Below, in pieces: positions 60,027 to 64,000 of a DNA stretch of 64,000 nt (position 1 is its first letter; each line of letters starts with the position of its first letter). Origin of the DNA: an uncultured virus (IMG/VR IMGVR_UViG_3300009684_000029) (lineage: Duplodnaviria > Heunggongvirae > Uroviricota > Caudoviricetes); the IMG/VR virus record IMGVR_UViG_3300009684_000029; one strand, 5' to 3'. A program made the translations under genes and the position numbers. The notes under the pieces are model-generated. The model was not told where the DNA came from. It saw only the letters and a list, made by a program, of their open reading frames with translations, and did not search any database.

Positions 60027-60524
60027 ATGATAAAACTTAAAACACTATTAAAAGAAGTAGGAGAAGGTGTACCACCTTATCAATGGAGCGGGCCTCAAGA
60101 ACAATCTGGAAATATTAATTATCATTTTACTACAGAAGACAATGATTCATATCGTGTCGTATTTACTGGCATTGAAGGGAATGATTGGAGATTAGATTTT
60201 TATGTTAAAGAATCTAAACCCAATAGTGAATATGATTCGGGTACCGTAACCAATAAAGGCAGACAATTTAAAATCATATCTACAATAATGGATATCATGA
60301 AAGATTTTATAGAAGAATATCCTGCAGATACTATTGTATTTTCAGGCGCTGACAAAGAAGGATCTAAAACAAATCAAAGGGAAGAGTTATATAAAAAATA
60401 TATCATAAAGAATATTCATTTATTGCCAGGCTGGGATACAAATATAGATATGCCAGGGCAAATAGGACACCTTTCTATATTTAGGGAAGAACCTTTAGAT
60501 GATATGCAATTATCAATAAAATAA
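60027..60524 (+). CDS. MIKL-leader protein, paralog of the 59182 N-domain
   Basis: First 30 nt identical to 59182; shared GEGV.PYQWSGPQE, FTTEDND.Y, TN.GRQ.KIIST.MDI. Confidence 0.75.
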   Translation: MIKLKTLLKEVGEGVPPYQWSGPQEQSGNINYHFTTEDNDSYRVVFTGIEGNDWRLDFYVKESKPNSEYDSGTVTNKGRQFKIISTIMDIMKDFIEEYPADTIVFSGADKEGSKTNQREELYKKYIIKNIHLLPGWDTNIDMPGQIGHLSIFREEPLDDMQLSIK

Positions 60525-60576
60525 AAAATAACGGTTGTTTACATAAAAGTATATAATTATATTAAAGAAAAAGAAA

Positions 60577-61560
60577 ATGAATAAAACTAAATTAAATGAA
60601 TTATCGCCAGAAACAAAAATGTCTGCATTTAAAAAAGCCGCAGCATATACTAGAAAGCCAGGCGAAATAACTAATAAAGTCCTTCATAATAAACGTATGT
60701 CTCAAGCATATACATTTGAAAAGAATGTTAGTCCACAAATACAAGCTCAAGCAGATACTATTGCAAAGTTAATTGGGTCTGAATTTATTGCTTCTATAGA
60801 TAAAGGCATATATGGTTCAGAAGAAATACCTGCAATATCTATAAAATTTTATGAGCCAACAAATAAACAAAGCAATGCAACATTACTTGTTAGCGCTGGG
60901 TCTGGTTATAATGCTGGGGATATCAGTACCGATCTTAAACTAAATAATATAGAGTTATCAGAACCTGTACAAAGAAAGCTTTTAAGATTTGCTGACGCTA
61001 TTTATAAAAGCGAAATATCAAGTAATTTAAAAGAAGATTATAATACAAAAAGAACAATGAATAAAAACATATTAAAGACTCTTATAAAAGAGTGCTACCA
61101 AGAAGTATTAGCAGAAAATCAAGATTATTCAATGCAATGGGATTCAATGTCACCTGAAGCTAGAGAAGAAGAATTATTAAAGAGCTTTAAAAATCCAGAT
61201 ATGGCTGCAAAATATGCAGAATATAGTTGGAATGAATTACCTGATAATATATCAGATATGGTATTGAATGAAGGTTTTGATGATCAAGAAGCTGAATTAC
61301 CTGCTACAAGAAGTGTAAATATGGGTGATGCGCCAAGTAAAATTGATTTAGGTATTAATACTAAAGCATCTAGTAAGATAAGTAAATTACAATCTGCTAT
61401 TGATCAATTAAGTGCCACTCTTAAAACTAACTTAGATCTTTATAAAGCCGGTAAAATGTCAATCCAAGATTATAAAACTGCTGTAGGAGATATTCCAGTA
61501 AAGCTTAAAGGTTTAGTTTCAGCATTAGAGATGGAAATAGGAAAGACGGCTAATATATAA
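60577..61560 (+). CDS. Multi-module protein with an internal LIKE leader-like segment
   Basis: MNKTKLNE start; internal MNKNILKTLIKECYQEVLAE at 61057; TAATTATA at 60554. Confidence 0.7.
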   Translation: MNKTKLNELSPETKMSAFKKAAAYTRKPGEITNKVLHNKRMSQAYTFEKNVSPQIQAQADTIAKLIGSEFIASIDKGIYGSEEIPAISIKFYEPTNKQSNATLLVSAGSGYNAGDISTDLKLNNIELSEPVQRKLLRFADAIYKSEISSNLKEDYNTKRTMNKNILKTLIKECYQEVLAENQDYSMQWDSMSPEAREEELLKSFKNPDMAAKYAEYSWNELPDNISDMVLNEGFDDQEAELPATRSVNMGDAPSKIDLGINTKASSKISKLQSAIDQLSATLKTNLDLYKAGKMSIQDYKTAVGDIPVKLKGLVSALEMEIGKTANI

Positions 61561-61593
61561 TCAATATGGATAATCCTCCGCGAGAATTTAAAA

Positions 61594-61818
61594 ATGACAT
61601 TCAGAAACACATTCAAGAAAAATATTCTAATGATAATATTGATCATGGCGACATTCTTCAACCCCATGGGATTTGCGGAGTTATTCGCCCTGGTTCAATT
61701 ATGGACTGGGTCATTTTTAATAACAGATGGCATTTTTTATGTCATCTCAATCTCTTTGTTTATCCTTTATTATACATTATCAAAAAAATGGGGCTTCAAT
61801 AAAAATGGAAATATCTAA
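61594..61818 (+). CDS. Small membrane protein
   Basis: ATFFNPMGF..LF plus hydrophobic segments. Confidence 0.6.
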   Translation: MTFRNTFKKNILMIILIMATFFNPMGFAELFALVQLWTGSFLITDGIFYVISISLFILYYTLSKKWGFNKNGNI

Positions 61819-62089
61819 GCAAGGTAATTATACCTCACCCGCAAATCAAGTATCCGCAATGGATTCAACCTTAAGAGATAAACTTAAGAAACGATTAAAA
61901 TATGTTGTTCTTGATTTCTTAACGGACAATCCAGAATATGATATAACAACTGGTAAAGATACTATGATGCATTCAGTATATTCATCAGATATGTATTTAG
62001 AAGAATCAATTAAATCTTTAAATTCTTTAACGGAATTATTTAATATGATTAATGAGCATTATCAAATATTAAATGAATCAGGAGAATAA
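61805..62089 (+). CDS. Hypothetical protein
   Basis: Start MEISKQ overlaps the previous gene. Confidence 0.55.
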   Translation: MEISKQGNYTSPANQVSAMDSTLRDKLKKRLKYVVLDFLTDNPEYDITTGKDTMMHSVYSSDMYLEESIKSLNSLTELFNMINEHYQILNESGE

Positions 62090-62258
62090 TAGTGAACCCA
62101 AACTTAAAGAAGGATTACATTATTACATCGAAGAAGGCAATTACGTATTTACAGAGCTATATCATAGAGAGCGCGGTTACTGTTGCAGGAATGGATGCCG
62201 ACACTGCCCTTATACAATTAAGCTTCAACGAAATAATAAAAATCTTAAAAAAGATTAG
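62073..62258 (+). CDS. DUF5522-like cysteine-rich protein
   Basis: YY...G.YVFTE.YH..RGYCC.NGCRHCPY. Confidence 0.8.
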   Translation: MNQENNSEPKLKEGLHYYIEEGNYVFTELYHRERGYCCRNGCRHCPYTIKLQRNNKNLKKD

Positions 62259-62284
62259 GACTTATAAAAATAAAACATTATATT
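62255..62284 (+). promoter_or_regulatory. Putative promoter TTAGGA-N18-TATATT
   Basis: Exact motif and spacer. Confidence 0.65.
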
Positions 62285-62312
62285 TAAATAAGATCAAAAG
62301 AAAATTAATAAT

Positions 62313-62504
62313 ATGATCAATCTCATAAAAACCTTTGAATATTGTATGAGCAGAAAATATTCATTTTGTTACAGAAATCAATATACTGGTGAAGTGATAG
62401 ATAGTGTGTATGCAGTATCTAGATTGTCTGCTGCTAAGTTTTTTGCTGCAAGAAAACAATTGACATTAAAAGAGTTCTTAAAAATATTTACAATCTCAAA
62501 ATAA
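62313..62504 (+). CDS. Hypothetical protein
   Basis: AAKFFAARKQL.L.EFLKIF (start may be 62346). Confidence 0.6.
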   Translation: MINLIKTFEYCMSRKYSFCYRNQYTGEVIDSVYAVSRLSAAKFFAARKQLTLKEFLKIFTISK

Positions 62505-62515
62505 ATAATCAATAT

Positions 62516-62680
62516 ATGAAAAACAAAACAATCGCGGCCATTGCTGCCTTGACAATTATGTTCACAGCATCTTGCGGACAATCATCTTCAACAAAAACAT
62601 CAACAAATGATTCTACAGAAATTTCTTTGGATTCAGTTGAATTAGTTATTGATTCAGTATATACCGATTCGGTAAACTAA
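62516..62680 (+). CDS. Small lipoprotein (54 aa, not in ORF track)
   Basis: MKNK plus hydrophobic stretch plus TASC lipobox, then S/T/D-rich tail with repeated DS. Confidence 0.7.
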   Translation: MKNKTIAAIAALTIMFTASCGQSSSTKTSTNDSTEISLDSVELVIDSVYTDSVN

Positions 62681-62700
62681 AAGTTTTAGAAGATTAAATA

Positions 62701-62732
62701 AAGAGCCTGGAATTAATATTCCGGGTTTTTTT
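62701..62732 (+). terminator. Rho-independent terminator
   Basis: GCCTGGAAT...ATTCCGGGT followed by a T run. Confidence 0.8.
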
Positions 62733-62827
62733 ATGGTCTTATATATCAATCCATTAGATATTATTAAAAGATTTGTTTAGGAACTATGAAATAAATTCTT
62801 TAATATTATGTATAAATAAAAATAAAT

Positions 62828-63097
62828 ATGATATTATTAGGAATAGGAACAGTCATAATCCTTGTGGCATTATTAATTCAAGTAAATATTTTACAGAATC
62901 GATTAAAAGAGCATGAACGTAAAATGTTATCTTTAGCAGAAAGCTTAAATTTAATAGCTGATACTTTAGATAATTTAATACATGCACATAATTCTTTAAT
63001 TGAAGACATTAATCAAGCAAAGGCTGAAATAATGGAAATGGATAATATTGATAATATACTTCCATTAGATTTAACCAATTCAATGGGCTTAGCATAA
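62828..63097 (+). CDS. N-terminal TM plus coiled-coil protein
   Basis: Hydrophobic N-terminus; TTAGGA at 62777. Confidence 0.6.
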   Translation: MILLGIGTVIILVALLIQVNILQNRLKEHERKMLSLAESLNLIADTLDNLIHAHNSLIEDINQAKAEIMEMDNIDNILPLDLTNSMGLA

Positions 63098-63108
63098 TAT
63101 TTAAATAA

Positions 63109-63339
63109 ATGACAAATATGTTTATAACAGAATCAAAATCATTACCAAAGTATCATTTTGCAGGTACTGTAGAAGAAATAACTTGCGAGCGAATTAGCGA
63201 AGCTCAAATATCATTTAAGTTACAAAATCCAGCAGGGCCAAGAATATCCCATACTATTCAACCAGCAGAAATTCTTTCTGTTAAAGATCGTATGTCATAT
63301 ATTAGTAACGAAATTATTAAAGTAAGACAAAAAATATGA
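63109..63339 (+). CDS. Hypothetical protein
   Basis: 76 aa ORF in operon. Confidence 0.55.
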   Translation: MTNMFITESKSLPKYHFAGTVEEITCERISEAQISFKLQNPAGPRISHTIQPAEILSVKDRMSYISNEIIKVRQKI

Positions 63340-63929
63340 GTATAATTAAAGAGAACATAGACGCACTATACGATATGTGGTGGAACATATTGGGTTATAG
63401 ATTAAGAAACTTTTATCGATCAATCGTGAACGTGATAAGGTGGTTACCGACTATATGGGAGGATAGAGATTGGGATGATTCATATATCCTTACTATACTT
63501 CAAACTAAGTTACGATTCCAATCTAAATACTTAGCTAAGAACAGTCAGCATTATTATGTTGGTAATGATGTTTATTATATGAATATATGTATTAAATTAA
63601 TTGAAGCCATTAAGGAAGAAATATATGTTTCAGAATATTCAGATTATCATGATACGGAATATTATTTCGTAGATTCAGATAAGGAAGGACTTTCAATAAT
63701 GAAGCATAATAGAAAGAGTGAGAAGTTTAATGACTATTACTTAAAATATCCTTTGATCTACAAAAAAGTTATGAATGGAGAAGGATGGGTGGATATTAAT
63801 AGATTTAAAGATAATGATTTTGAATATCGTCATGCCATCGCAATGAATATAGCTCATATTAATAGCGCGCGAGCTAAAGACTTATTATATAAAATCTTAA
63901 GAGATAAGTTATCATCTTGGTGGAGTTAA
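63336..63929 (+). CDS. Hypothetical phage protein
   Basis: RWLPTIW.DRDWD..YIL...KL; ends WW. Confidence 0.75.
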   Translation: MSIIKENIDALYDMWWNILGYRLRNFYRSIVNVIRWLPTIWEDRDWDDSYILTILQTKLRFQSKYLAKNSQHYYVGNDVYYMNICIKLIEAIKEEIYVSEYSDYHDTEYYFVDSDKEGLSIMKHNRKSEKFNDYYLKYPLIYKKVMNGEGWVDINRFKDNDFEYRHAIAMNIAHINSARAKDLLYKILRDKLSSWWS

Positions 63930-63951
63930 TAGATAAATAATAATATTAAAT

Positions 63952-63979
63952 AGGATAGAGTAAAATCTATCCTTTTTTT
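63952..63979 (+). terminator. Rho-independent terminator
   Basis: AGGATAGA...TCTATCCT followed by a T run. Confidence 0.8.
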
Positions 63980-64000
63980 ATGTTCTATCATATTTATATT

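Noticed and set aside
410..62581. Minus-strand ORFs in the track other than 25621-26025
   Set aside because: They are antisense shadows of well-supported + strand genes and lack recognisable motifs
1..64000. tRNA, rRNA or CRISPR arrays
   Set aside because: Intergenic gaps are short, and no cloverleaf or regularly spaced repeats were seen by eye; tRNAscan-SE was not run

Overview
A 64 kb, very AT-rich segment of a large T4-like dsDNA phage, almost entirely + strand. The host is probably Bacteroidota: there are no Shine-Dalgarno sites, and Bacteroidetes-type Hc1, ClpS and small lipoprotein genes are present. Contents: (i) nucleotide metabolism and replisome genes (class II RNR 3' end, dUTPase, family B DNA polymerase, sliding clamp, clamp loader); (ii) a 7-deazaguanine DNA-modification set (QueD, QueE, FolE, a DpdL-like QueD paralog and a DpdA/TGT-fold protein; no QueC in the window) interleaved with two GT-B glycosyltransferases; (iii) four free-standing endonuclease genes; (iv) a ~22 kb glycan cluster (GDP-colitose-like set, RfbH, YerE-like ThDP enzyme, PanB-like, C-methyltransferase, many GTs); (v) many unrelated proteins that share short N-terminal leaders ending in L-x-E. 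The most notable observation is that two endonuclease elements sit inside the 5' ends of queE and a GT gene. Each leaves the old N-terminus as an upstream stub and carries a recoded replacement N-terminus, with no intron or intein; in the GT the replacement is out of frame and would need a -1 frameshift. All four endonuclease loci have a hairpin over the putative late promoter and start region. All family assignments come from reading motifs by eye; no database searches were run.
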